DNA of 63,544 nucleotides, the filler included, from Octopus bimaculoides (Eukaryota), in assembly GCF_001194135.2 (NCBI RefSeq). It is 7 parts of 6 records of this genome, joined end to end, with 100 filler letters (N's around TTAATTAATTAA, not from the genome) between each part and the next. Parts side by side here need not be neighbours in the genome. Positions count along the whole stretch, not along the records: positions 62,466 to 63,544 come from NC_068999.1; 6 more parts are not named here. One strand, written 5' to 3'. Made by a program: the position numbers and the translations under genes. The notes beneath the pieces are model-generated. The model ran no database searches. It was not told the DNA's origin and saw nothing but the letters and a program-made list of their open reading frames with translations. Of this stretch, positions 63,530 to 63,544 are shown piece after piece; the stretch's first letter is position 1; every line of letters begins with the position of its first letter.

Positions 63530-63544
63530 AACATAATAAATGCG

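Overview
Eukaryotic, AT-rich, microsatellite-saturated genomic DNA from a gapped draft assembly. It is most likely an octopus (coleoid cephalopod); this is inferred from the tRNA-derived SINE families and repeat landscape, not from a database search. I found no intact host protein-coding exon, and almost all long ORFs in the supplied track are artefacts of N-runs or simple repeats. Recognisable content is decayed mobile DNA: a Helitron (Rep N-terminus plus 3' hairpin-CTAG end), an R4/Dong-type LINE with RT and REL endonuclease, an I-group LINE with RT and probable RNase H, RTE-like and mariner fragments, about 20 SINE copies of three families, MITE/foldback elements and a possible LTR. The best non-TE signal is a dense cluster of seven metal-response-element (TGCRCNC) sites in 460 bp of complex sequence at 31801-32262. 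It is flanked by a GC box, a splice donor, a TATA box and a long hairpin, which suggests an MTF-1-controlled promoter or enhancer whose target gene is not visible here. A second signal is a minus-strand branch point/polypyrimidine/CAG|GTAAGA junction with a 47-nt all-frame-stop cryptic exon, matching recursive-splicing architecture. I could not demonstrate a wholly new biological system from sequence alone.
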